From the NCBI GenBank assembly GCA_041740355.1, contig JBGSMD010000067.1, positions 1-57,055 on the forward strand: a stretch of 57,055 nt of DNA, in the 5' to 3' direction. The translations under genes were made by a program, and so were the position numbers. Positions 45,742 through 55,382 of the stretch are shown in pieces (the first letter of the stretch is position 1; every line of letters begins with the position of its first letter). The stretch comes from Bdellovibrionota bacterium. GTDB taxonomy: Bacteria; Bdellovibrionota_C; UBA2361; CALJRW01. Below the pieces are notes generated by a model. The model worked only from the letters and a program-made list of their open reading frames with translations, ran no database searches and was not told the origin of the DNA.

Positions 45742-47913
45742 ATGAAAAATCGACTAACTCTGCCCATTTACGCCTTAACCCTGTTACTCAGTGCCTTTCT
45801 AATTTTCTCGCTTCAGCCTCTTTTTAGTAAAATGATTCTGCCACTCTTAGGTGGAAGTTCCTCTGTTTGGAATACAGCGATGGTATTTTTTCAGGCAATG
45901 TTGCTTCTTGGCTATGGGTATGCCCACTTAATAACAAATTATTTAAAACCTAAACAACAAGTTATCTTGCACATCTTGTTATTGATAATATTTTCCATTT
46001 TCTTACCTTTAAGTGTGGGCGAGAACCCTAATCCTTCGGGGAGCGATCCGATTGTTTGGCAATTAACCGTTATGTTAACTGCAATTGGGGGCCCATTTTT
46101 TATTCTATCTTCCAGTGCCCCATTATTACAAAAGTGGTTTGCTGCCAGCAATCATGAACGTTCGGCCAATCCTTATTTTCTTTATGCCGTTAGTAATATT
46201 GGAAGTATGGGTTCTTTACTCGCTTATCCATTTCTACTGGAGCCACTTAGTACTTTAACACAGCAACGATATCTCTGGGCGATTGGTTATGGCGCTTTAA
46301 TTATTTTGACAGTTTGCGCGGCTAGTTTCTTTTGGAATAGTTATACTAAAACCGAAGTAGTGAAAGATGAAGGTGCGCGACCTAATTGGCAACAAGAATT
46401 ATCTTGGATTGGCTTTGCCTTTATCCCCTCAAGCTTAATGTTGGGCTTTACAACATTAATTACGACTGACTTAGCCTCAGCACCACTTTTTTGGGTTGTT
46501 CCCTTAGTTTTATATTTATTAACTTTTATTATTGCCTTTTCCGAGCGTACTTTAATTTGTGACAAAAAACTCCGTCGCTTAACAATTTATGCACTTTCCA
46601 TGACAATGTTGTTTTTAATGACCACATTTGCTCTTCCTAAGTTAGCAATGGTCGGGAGCTATTTAATTATATTTTTTATTTTAGCGCAGTACTGTCACTC
46701 TCGCTTAGCAACTAATCAACCAAGTCTGAAATATTTAACAGTATATTATTTTTATATTTCATTAGGTGGAGTACTCGGTGGTATCTTTAATGCATTAATT
46801 GCTCCAAGTTTATTTATTATTCCAGCAGAACTTAGTTTGCCTTTGGTAATGATTGTTTGGACATTAGTTTCAGCTAAAGACTTTAAAGCCTTAGAGAATC
46901 TTAATATTGGAATTAAGAGTAGTTTGTTCTTAATTGCTCCAATCTTTTGTGGATACACAGTATATGTAGCCGATTCTGCGGTCAATTTAGTTACTGGGGT
47001 TATTCTTTTATGTGCTTTAGTTTATTTTACTAAATATTTAGTTTTATTTGCTTGGAGTATCTCTATTGCATTTTTATTGTTTCCACCAATTGGATGGAGT
47101 TTTGATCAAGATGTTGTTTTAAGAGCAAGAAATTATTTTGGAATTTTAACTGTTTGGGATGGCAAAGCGATGCGCACTTTTAAGCATGGTGGTACAATCC
47201 ATGGTGCTCAGCCTAAAAAACCGGAATTAAGATTAACTCCAATTACATATTATCATCCGGACGGCCCAATTGGGGATGTTTTTAAAGTTTTATCTTCGGA
47301 AACCGGACCTCAGGAAGTTGCTGTGTTAGGTTTAGGAGTTGGAAGTGTTGCTTGTTATCGAGCGTTAGATCGAAGTTTTGATTTTTATGAAATCGATCCG
47401 GAAGTAGTGAAGATTGCCCAGGATCCACAATATTTCACATACCTGAGTGATTGCGGAAGTCCGTATAAGATTGTCTTAGGTGATGCGCGATTAAAAATAA
47501 TGGAAGCACCAACTAAAAAATATGATTTAATTATCGTGGATACTTTTAGTTCTGATAATATTCCAGTGCATATTATGACCAAAGAAGCCTTTCGAATCTA
47601 TTTAGATAAGCTAAAAGATGATGGAGTAATTGCTATGAATATTTCTAATCGCTACCTTGATCTACGCCCTATTCTCGCCAGTATTGCGAGAGATTTAGGG
47701 GTAACAATGCAAGTTAAAGTAGATCGAAAGGAACTAAATATCGACGAAGATATTCCATATTTAACTAGCGTCTATGTGGTTTTTACTAAATCACCTGATC
47801 GCACTGCTAGATTCAAGGCTCTATTTCAATGGGATTCATTTGAGGGAGAGTTGTCTAAATCATGGACTGATGATTATGCCAATATTTTAGGAGCTTTTGG
47901 GGTGATTCGCTAA
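45742..47913 (+). CDS. Fused membrane transporter-like / spermidine synthase-like methyltransferase
   Basis: About 13 TM; HGGTIHG.Q, VLGLGVGS, YEIDP, GDAR, DTFSSD.IP.H, WTDDY. Confidence 0.88.
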   Translation: MKNRLTLPIYALTLLLSAFLIFSLQPLFSKMILPLLGGSSSVWNTAMVFFQAMLLLGYGYAHLITNYLKPKQQVILHILLLIIFSIFLPLSVGENPNPSGSDPIVWQLTVMLTAIGGPFFILSSSAPLLQKWFAASNHERSANPYFLYAVSNIGSMGSLLAYPFLLEPLSTLTQQRYLWAIGYGALIILTVCAASFFWNSYTKTEVVKDEGARPNWQQELSWIGFAFIPSSLMLGFTTLITTDLASAPLFWVVPLVLYLLTFIIAFSERTLICDKKLRRLTIYALSMTMLFLMTTFALPKLAMVGSYLIIFFILAQYCHSRLATNQPSLKYLTVYYFYISLGGVLGGIFNALIAPSLFIIPAELSLPLVMIVWTLVSAKDFKALENLNIGIKSSLFLIAPIFCGYTVYVADSAVNLVTGVILLCALVYFTKYLVLFAWSISIAFLLFPPIGWSFDQDVVLRARNYFGILTVWDGKAMRTFKHGGTIHGAQPKKPELRLTPITYYHPDGPIGDVFKVLSSETGPQEVAVLGLGVGSVACYRALDRSFDFYEIDPEVVKIAQDPQYFTYLSDCGSPYKIVLGDARLKIMEAPTKKYDLIIVDTFSSDNIPVHIMTKEAFRIYLDKLKDDGVIAMNISNRYLDLRPILASIARDLGVTMQVKVDRKELNIDEDIPYLTSVYVVFTKSPDRTARFKALFQWDSFEGELSKSWTDDYANILGAFGVIR

Positions 47914-47972
47914 TACACATTAGGCGAAGATTAGTTCCAACAGGATCGCTACGGGAATAATTCTCCATTTTT

Positions 47973-48227
47973 GAAATTCTTTCTTGGGTTTACTATAGTC
48001 ATTCCAAAAAATAATTTCCGCTAGGAAATTATAAAATACATCATGACTATAGAAGCGACCAGCGGGAGCCAAAAGACAAATAGTAAACCCAACTCTAAAA
48101 AACAGAGTTAAGCCAACGATTTATCTGTAAATTTAAAGTCTTTAGCTACTTCAGGTTAAAAAAGATAGAAACCAGAAACGCTCTTCGTTAATCTATTTTT
48201 CAGAAATCATTTTTTGGGTTTACTATA
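47973..48227. repeat. Composite cluster of family A-related arms
   Basis: TTGGGTTTACTAT at 47984 and 48214, its complement ATAGTAAACCCAA at 48080; CTATAGTCAT/ATGACTATAG hairpin with the AATTTCC..GGAAATT core. Confidence 0.7.
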
Positions 48228-48260
48228 TATATTCAAGAACTTTCTTTATAATGTGGAAAA

Positions 48261-49409
48261 CTAAATCTCAGCAGACGAGCCTAGAGCCTCTAATTCACCA
48301 AAATCTGTAACTGTAATGAGCCCAGGTTTACTAAGGTTTAAAATCTTTTGCTTTTCCATAGCACGTGTAGTTCTAATTACAGTTTCGGTCGTCGTCCCGG
48401 AAAGATCTGCTAACTCATGACGAACAATATCAATTTCAAAATTACCACTTTCCGGATTTTTTTTGCCAAAGCTAGCTAATAGATTAAGTAGGGCACTAGC
48501 GATTCTAGTTTCTACTCTCTCATAGGCGAGAGAGCTGGCAAACTTATTAGCTTCTTCTAATTTACTGTGAGCAATTTCCAAGAATTCCTTATAGAGCTCC
48601 GGATATTCGTTAAGAATTAATTTTAAAGAATTTAAAGGTAACATTAATAATTTACTTTCACGTTCTGCTCTAATTGTGCAAGTCGATGGTCTTTCTTCAA
48701 TTAAACTTTCTATGCCAAAAATATCACCAGGTGCTAATAGATTATGAATTAATTCTTTGCCATTTTCAGAGGATTGGCAACAGGCAATGCGCCCAGTTGC
48801 GACAATAAAACAAATTGGATTTAATTGACCTTCTTGGACGATAACTTTCTTTGGTGAAAATGTTTTAAAATCAGAACCTTTCGCGATTCGCTCTAATTGT
48901 TCAGGAGCAATATCGCTAAAGATAGGAATGCGTTTTAGGAAAGCACTTGAGTCAATATCTTTACTGCCAATCCCAACGGTTTGATCTGCAAAATCTTTAT
49001 TTGTTACCTTGGTGTGTTTTTCAGCAGAGAATCTTTCTAGAGCCATCAAAATGGTAGTTCTTAATTGCTCGGGCATGAAGGGTTTAAGAAGGAATCCATA
49101 AGGGTTTAATAGTTGTGCTCGAGACAGCGTGATATTATCTGAGTGAGAAGTTAGAAAAACAGAGGGGATTTTAAGGTTGTCAAATAAATAAGCTGCTACT
49201 TCAATACCTTCCATTTCACCTTGAATTTTAATATCCATCATAACAAGATCGGGTAGTTCTTTCCATGCTAAGTCCAATGCATCTGGACCATTGCTGGCAA
49301 TCCCAACTACTTTATAACCAAGGGATTCCAGAGTTAGCTCAATATCAAGCGCGGTGACAGCCTCGTCTTCAACAATCATGATTTTTATTTTTTCTTGATT
49401 TTTGTTCAT
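48261..49409 (-). CDS. Response regulator: REC + Crp/Fnr (cNMP-fold + HTH)
   Basis: VEDE, DLVMMDI, KPF; then PGDIFG, ELADLSGTTTETVIR. Confidence 0.88.
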   Translation of the reverse strand: MNKNQEKIKIMIVEDEAVTALDIELTLESLGYKVVGIASNGPDALDLAWKELPDLVMMDIKIQGEMEGIEVAAYLFDNLKIPSVFLTSHSDNITLSRAQLLNPYGFLLKPFMPEQLRTTILMALERFSAEKHTKVTNKDFADQTVGIGSKDIDSSAFLKRIPIFSDIAPEQLERIAKGSDFKTFSPKKVIVQEGQLNPICFIVATGRIACCQSSENGKELIHNLLAPGDIFGIESLIEERPSTCTIRAERESKLLMLPLNSLKLILNEYPELYKEFLEIAHSKLEEANKFASSLAYERVETRIASALLNLLASFGKKNPESGNFEIDIVRHELADLSGTTTETVIRTTRAMEKQKILNLSKPGLITVTDFGELEALGSSAEI

Positions 49410-51682
49410 ATTAAAAGAGTTTTATTAAAATATACTTGGTATGTAGTGCCTCTTTCGGAAGTAATCTCGTAACGACCTCCAATTTGTTTCACTAACATTT
49501 CAATTAGTTTTAAGCCAAAGGAACTGTCTTCGGTGTCCGCGACTCTTTTACTGCTAAAGCCTACTCCATTATCACTGATAGTTAAACAATGTTGTTCTTC
49601 ATCAATTTGTTCAATTTTTATTAAGATTTGCCCAGCGCGTTTATTAGGGAAAGCATGTTTTAAAGAGTTAGTAATAATTTCGTTTATAATTAAACCCAGT
49701 GGTATGGCCACAATTGTTTCTAAGAGAATATCATTGATTTCGGTTTTTATTACTACATTATCCTTCGAAGTTAGAGAAAGTAATAAGTTTTCTGAGAGGG
49801 TGAGGATGTAGGACTCCATATTAATTGCGGCCATATCGCGCGAGGAGTAAAGCTGCTCATGAATTAGCGAGATGCTTTGAATTCTATTTTGACTAACGGT
49901 AAAAGCTTCTTGCGCGCCAGGAATATTTTTTAAGGTTCGAGATTGAAGGCGCAGTAGACTAGAGATAATTTGTAAATTATTCTTAACGCGATGATGAATC
50001 TCCTTGAGTAGAATAACTTTTTCATCTAGTGATGACTTAATCAAGCTTTCGTAGCGAGCATGTTTTACTTCTAATGCTTGGGCATAAGCAACAAGTTTTC
50101 TGATTAAGGAGTAGGAGCCCAGGGCTGTTAGTAAGGAAAAGATAAGTGCTGATCCAATAAATTCGATCAGCTTGTAATTAACTTCAGCATAGAGATTCTT
50201 AGCATCACTGGAAATAATAACTACAAAGTTTGGTTCTGTAGTTTTTTTGTAAGTAATAAACTTTGGATTTCTGGCTTTAATAATTGGCTCTATAATTCCT
50301 TTGTTATCTAAGCCATCCGTTTCTGCAGAATCTTGAATAATTCCTTTAGAGTTGGAGATAAAGCGCGTCAACTTTTTCTTATTAAATTCAAAAAAATCTA
50401 ATGATTCTTTAAGTTGTTTAGCAACGATTACGCTGATTCGGTTCTGTTCAGGAATGCTCTTGTGTAAAATTTCTTCTAACTTTTCAGTATTAATCAGAAA
50501 AATATCAGTAACAGTTTCGTTGGGGTTAGTTGCTAAAGAAGTTCTGACTGCTAATAAAATGCTCTCACCAGCTATTTCATATGGTCCTTCAAAGATTGTT
50601 TCACCCACTGGGGATCTAAATTGAAAAAACTTCTCGGGGATAGTTCTTCCTGCAACATATACTTTCTTGGATTCATTTGTTAAGCGGATAATACCATCAA
50701 TATCTTGATCTATTTTAAGGACTTCGCTGAGCGTCCGATGGCAAAGCCGGTCCTGTTCATCGATGCTAAGACTTTTAAAATATTCGCCACCATAAATTCT
50801 TGTTTCCGACATCAGGAATTCAATATTAGCAATTTTTTGTCTAATCATTTTTAGAAAATTGTCTAAGTTATCCGCTTTAGCAGCTGCGATAATTTGAATC
50901 GATTCTTCCTGAGATTTTTTTAACTCCTGATAAAAAGGAATACTGACAAAGACTGTTGAAATTAGAGAAATTGCTAGAGTGCTAGTGATAAAATAAATTC
51001 TCATTGCACGCCAAAATACTTTTAAGTCAGTTATGTTGGCACGAAAATTTTTAACAGCACAAAGTATTGTGCAAATGCCTGTCAGTAATATCCCAAACGA
51101 GGAAGTCAAACTGAGGGGAGTAACTAGGCCCCATTGGTAGCCAGCAGTAACCTTGAAAATATATCCAAATATACCAGCCAGCCCGATGGCACTTGCTAGG
51201 ATTCCAAAAATTCCATAAATCACGGAGAATTCACGACCATATCCTTGACGAGATCTAGAGATAAAAAAGAGTGCTAATGATGTACTTAAGAAAGTAATAA
51301 TCTCTTGTGGCGGCAAGCGAGTCGCTCTTTCTGGCGCTACAACAGGAAAAATAGATATGGCATTGAAGAATCCACTACGAAAGTCAAAAATGTGTTCTGC
51401 AAGGGCGTAAATATTAAAAATTAGTAATACATAAATTAGCTTATTAAGCTGATTAAAATAATTATTAATTAATAGTAAGAAAGCATAGGTGATTAGAAAG
51501 TAATTTAGAGAAGAGAAGATATCAGCATAAGGTAAATAGTTTGTGTTAAGTTCAATGAAATTGAAATAAAAAAGTCCCGATCTGATCGCAAGTACTAGGC
51601 CACAGACGAAGAGGAGATGGGCAAATTGTTTGACGATTAAGTCAATCAAAGTAAGCTTCTGCTTGGAATTATTAATAATCAT
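49406..51682 (-). CDS. Membrane sensor histidine kinase (HisKA_2 class)
   Basis: EIHHRVKNNLQ, NEIITNSLKHAF, DNGVG, FGLKLI; multi-TM N-terminus and an extracytoplasmic domain. Confidence 0.92.
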   Translation of the reverse strand: MIINNSKQKLTLIDLIVKQFAHLLFVCGLVLAIRSGLFYFNFIELNTNYLPYADIFSSLNYFLITYAFLLLINNYFNQLNKLIYVLLIFNIYALAEHIFDFRSGFFNAISIFPVVAPERATRLPPQEIITFLSTSLALFFISRSRQGYGREFSVIYGIFGILASAIGLAGIFGYIFKVTAGYQWGLVTPLSLTSSFGILLTGICTILCAVKNFRANITDLKVFWRAMRIYFITSTLAISLISTVFVSIPFYQELKKSQEESIQIIAAAKADNLDNFLKMIRQKIANIEFLMSETRIYGGEYFKSLSIDEQDRLCHRTLSEVLKIDQDIDGIIRLTNESKKVYVAGRTIPEKFFQFRSPVGETIFEGPYEIAGESILLAVRTSLATNPNETVTDIFLINTEKLEEILHKSIPEQNRISVIVAKQLKESLDFFEFNKKKLTRFISNSKGIIQDSAETDGLDNKGIIEPIIKARNPKFITYKKTTEPNFVVIISSDAKNLYAEVNYKLIEFIGSALIFSLLTALGSYSLIRKLVAYAQALEVKHARYESLIKSSLDEKVILLKEIHHRVKNNLQIISSLLRLQSRTLKNIPGAQEAFTVSQNRIQSISLIHEQLYSSRDMAAINMESYILTLSENLLLSLTSKDNVVIKTEINDILLETIVAIPLGLIINEIITNSLKHAFPNKRAGQILIKIEQIDEEQHCLTISDNGVGFSSKRVADTEDSSFGLKLIEMLVKQIGGRYEITSERGTTYQVYFNKTLLI

Positions 51683-51769
51683 ATATCAGTTCTACACTAT
51701 ATGTGATTTAAAGGCAGGCATGTCTGATTACTTTTATACTTATGCTTTGTAAAGCATTTTCCAATTGCT

Positions 51770-51798
51770 CCACCTTCGCTAAAGCTACGGCGGACAAG
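51770..51798 (+). repeat. Short REP-like module (family C)
   Basis: CCACCTTCGCTAAAGCTACGGCGGACAAG. Confidence 0.7.
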
Positions 51799-52019
51799 TC
51801 TGCGGACAATAAAGCTTTGGAGCTAGCTTAAGCTTTAAGTAGACAGTCTCTCGAGGCACCAAAAGGTAGTTTATCTATGAAATGCCCATTTAAAAGTTAA
51901 TTTTTATATTTCCTAATATAGAATTCTGTCAAAAGGAATAGCATGATTTAAATCATATTGGTTTAATTCTAATTATGCTTGAATCGAGCCTCAATTTAAA
52001 TTACTTTATGGAGGTTACT

Positions 52020-52187
52020 ATGCTTAACTGGGCATTAACATTTTTAGTCGTTGCTTTAGTCGCTGGTGTTTTGGGTTTTGGTGGTATCGCCGGAACTGCT
52101 GCTGGTTTTGCCAAAATACTTTTCTTTGTATTTTTGGTGCTTTTTATAGTGTCACTAGTTCTACCAAAGCTAAGACCCCCATTATAG
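52020..52187 (+). CDS. DUF1328 (YtjA-like) small membrane protein
   Basis: [25 protein letters not shown]; GGAGG SD before ATG 52020. Confidence 0.9.
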   Translation: MLNWALTFLVVALVAGVLGFGGIAGTAAGFAKILFFVFLVLFIVSLVLPKLRPPL

Positions 52188-52374
52188 TTTAATGGTTGGG
52201 TATTACTTAAGCTAAAGATTAATAGTGCCTCCGGTATTAAATAACTTGTTATTTTTAGTTATAGATATTGGCCCACTATTAATCATGCTTTTTGCTAGGT
52301 ATTGTTCTATAAATAGAAAGAAAGATTTGGGGAAGGCAACCTAAACTTATTATTACCATAATTTTAAATATATT

Positions 52375-52638
52375 ATGTCTGATAAAAAAAATAAAAAGAA
52401 GCTAGAAGAGAAAACCGGGATTAATACTCCTCCTGTTTTACCAAACGAATTTCCTTTGGAACCAGAAGATTTGCCAACGGAGATTGCCCCAAGTAATTCT
52501 GAGGTTCCGCTAGCAGAAATTCCGGTAGATGAAAATGATTATCAAGTCGATTACGATCCACCAACAGAGATTAACTCCGATCGAGATGACATGCCGCATG
52601 ATGATAGTGGTGAGGGGTCAGTTGCGGAGCCAATGTAA
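52375..52638 (+). CDS. Acidic, Pro-rich, probably disordered small protein
   Basis: ORF of 87 aa, basic N-terminus then D/E/P-rich. Confidence 0.55.
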   Translation: MSDKKNKKKLEEKTGINTPPVLPNEFPLEPEDLPTEIAPSNSEVPLAEIPVDENDYQVDYDPPTEINSDRDDMPHDDSGEGSVAEPM

Positions 52639-52642
52639 ATAT

Positions 52643-53938
52643 TTAATTATAATATTTACAAATTGTTTGAGCCAACGTTAAAGTTTCTACTCTTAATTCA
52701 GGTACGGCAATGTTTTCCCAAAGAGTTCCTTTGCGGAGAGGGCCAACAGCGTATAAATTTTTAAATGTTTTAGGATTTCCAATGATTCTTCCGATCTTAT
52801 CTGTTTGGATACCCATTTTCCAGTAATCGGTTTGAGCATACCCTGATTCAAGTAGATTGCGCACTAAGGGGGAGCTTTTAGTAGATAGGTTTTGTGAACC
52901 ACTACAGTTTATTATTTGATCGGCAGCGACTGAGGACTGGTTTTTTAATTCTATAATTGCCTGAGCATTAATAGAGTCATAGCTAATATTAGAAATTCGA
53001 CCTTTTTTAATAATTAGTTTTTGTGCTTTTTTTAAATCTTCTAAGGTTTGAAAAAGTGTCGGTGCTAGTCTGTGTCTAGCAACATCCCAGTAAGGTCTTA
53101 GATGTCTTAAGAATTTATTTTGTTCCTGAATATCCCATGTCTGCCAAGTTGATTGAGTTAAGGGTCTTAATCCATCTAATACCGCAATCCATTCTGTCAT
53201 TTCTGATGATTTTCTGAAGTCTTTTAACATTTGCAAAACCGAAGTTGTCGGAAAGGTCCATTCCTTAGCCTGAATATTGAGATCGTGCGACTTTGGAGTA
53301 AGTCCGCGTCTAGAGATTAAGGTAATTATTCCTTGATAATTGCGATTGTATAGCTCCCAAAGTAGATCCACAGAGGTTAGTCCCGTGCCAATGATCGTAA
53401 TATTATTTTTGTTTACTAAGGAATCGATCACACCAGGTGCCCAAGGATCGTTTTCAATTAAATGATTTGCATTGGTTGAGGTAAATTGATTTGGGGGAAA
53501 ATTTCCCAAGGCTAGCACTAGTTGCTGGGTGCAAATACTAGTATTTGTAGTTTTAATTTCCCAAGAATTTTGTTTGTTTAAAATTTCAGTTGCTTGATCT
53601 TCAATTAAAATAAGCCCTGCTTTAATTGAATCCTGCAAAATTGATTTTAAGTAGATTAAATAATCTTTTCGTCGAGCAAATGCTTGGTCTTGAAGAAGGC
53701 AATTATTTTTCTCAACAAACTGAGAGAAGTGCTTGGGGTCCTCTGCCAGTGCTGACATTTTCCAGTGGGGCACGTTTAACACGGCAGTCTCCGTAGCCTG
53801 ACTATAGGCAAGTCCACCTATGTTATTTGGCATAGAGATTAGACCAATTTTCCTTTCAGGGCTTAAACGCTTGGCGTGGAAACTAGTTAAGATTCCAGAA
53901 AACCCGCCGCCAATAACTATTAAATCAAAATTTTCCAT
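52643..53938 (-). CDS. FAD/NAD(P)-binding protein (YdhS-like)
   Basis: IGGGFSG, GLAYS, LNVP, IGTGLT.VD, LRP.WDV.RHR, WE.IAVPELR. Confidence 0.85.
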   Translation of the reverse strand: MENFDLIVIGGGFSGILTSFHAKRLSPERKIGLISMPNNIGGLAYSQATETAVLNVPHWKMSALAEDPKHFSQFVEKNNCLLQDQAFARRKDYLIYLKSILQDSIKAGLILIEDQATEILNKQNSWEIKTTNTSICTQQLVLALGNFPPNQFTSTNANHLIENDPWAPGVIDSLVNKNNITIIGTGLTSVDLLWELYNRNYQGIITLISRRGLTPKSHDLNIQAKEWTFPTTSVLQMLKDFRKSSEMTEWIAVLDGLRPLTQSTWQTWDIQEQNKFLRHLRPYWDVARHRLAPTLFQTLEDLKKAQKLIIKKGRISNISYDSINAQAIIELKNQSSVAADQIINCSGSQNLSTKSSPLVRNLLESGYAQTDYWKMGIQTDKIGRIIGNPKTFKNLYAVGPLRKGTLWENIAVPELRVETLTLAQTICKYYN

Positions 53939-54046
53939 CCTTTAACTGTAAGCTATTAAGTGGTAGTGAAAAAGATATGCTAGGCGACATTTTTAGACCT
54001 TAGTTCCTAATATCACCTAGTGCTTTTAAGAATCCATTCTTGCACG

Positions 54047-55192
54047 TTACTTTTCAGTTAGATCTTCGTGTAAGTCAAATTTAACATCCTTTTTAATTTG
54101 GATTGCATCTTTAAAAATATAAGTGGCAACTGGTAAACATAAAACTAATCCCCAAATTCCAAATAATTTTCCACTAACTGTTAATAAAATTAAGACCACG
54201 ATAGTATTAAGGCGCAAGTGATGACCAAAAATTCTAGGGTTAATTACATATGCTTCTAGTAAATGAATAATCCAAATCAAAGCAATTGATAAAAGCATTG
54301 TTGGAAAGCCCCCGGACTCCAGAGCTAGTAAGCAAATTGGAACAGAGCTTAAAAACACTCCAGCGATTGGAATAAAGCTACAAAAGAAAACAATTAATGA
54401 AATAAAGGCAATCTCTCCGCGGATACCAATAATCCAGATCCCAATCGCCGTTAAGATGGTGTTTAAGATGGCAATAAAAAACTGTGCCTGGAAAGCTTTT
54501 CCTAATGTTTTCCCAAAGCTATAAATGCTGTTAGAAACTTCTTCGTAAACAAAGCGTAATTTTGTTTGACGTAAGGACCGAGTTCCTTGCGTAAGTCTGG
54601 GAAGATCTAAGACTATCAAAAAAGAGAATAACAGTGAGAGCAAAAACGAAGAGCTAATTGCTAGTAAGACACTGCCAATATTTTTAACAGCATCTAAAGA
54701 AGTTTTTAGTGATTCCCCTTGATTATTTCCACCCATTCCAATTAGGGGCTGTAAAAAACTTGCCAGTGTGGAATGTTTAAAATCCCAGTCTTGTTGCTCT
54801 GTGTCACGCTGTTGAATTTCAGGTAAAAGTTCGGCAACTATTGGATAAGTGTCCTTGATTCGAACTAACTCGGTATCTAATGTTTTGGCGTACTTGGAAA
54901 AATTACTTACAAATCCAATTGCTTGTTCTTTCACGTTTGGAAAGAATAATGCTCCAACCATTACTAAAAAAGATAAGAAGATAATTCCGACGATTGTTGC
55001 ACGTAGTGTTCGGTTACTAATCCAAGGCTTAAGTCGATCCACGGCATGTGACTGAATGTAAGCAAAAATGAATGTTAAAAACATTAATAGAAAAAAGGAG
55101 CGGAGGAGAAAAACAACTCCAAATAGACCACCCCAAACTGTAAGGCGTGATAAGAATGAGAGGATTAATTCTGTTTTATTGCTTTTAGCCAT
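54047..55192 (-). CDS. AI-2E (PerM) family transporter
   Basis: Multi-TM; SFIP..G, E.Y.INPRIFG, GIWGLVL.LP. Confidence 0.88.
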   Translation of the reverse strand: MAKSNKTELILSFLSRLTVWGGLFGVVFLLRSFFLLMFLTFIFAYIQSHAVDRLKPWISNRTLRATIVGIIFLSFLVMVGALFFPNVKEQAIGFVSNFSKYAKTLDTELVRIKDTYPIVAELLPEIQQRDTEQQDWDFKHSTLASFLQPLIGMGGNNQGESLKTSLDAVKNIGSVLLAISSSFLLSLLFSFLIVLDLPRLTQGTRSLRQTKLRFVYEEVSNSIYSFGKTLGKAFQAQFFIAILNTILTAIGIWIIGIRGEIAFISLIVFFCSFIPIAGVFLSSVPICLLALESGGFPTMLLSIALIWIIHLLEAYVINPRIFGHHLRLNTIVVLILLTVSGKLFGIWGLVLCLPVATYIFKDAIQIKKDVKFDLHEDLTEK

Positions 55193-55382
55193 TTTACTTT
55201 AAACTTGAATTTAGCTTGGATTGTTCGTGGGTGCTATACCGATGACACCCTATTACTTAAAAGTTTCCTAGCCTCTTCTAAGTCATCAATGATGAATTAT
55301 GAGGCTTAGGCTTGAAGCATAATACTTTTAGAGATAAAAGGTAAGGTGTCCTATTAATCTACTTATAGCTTCACTTCGGCAT

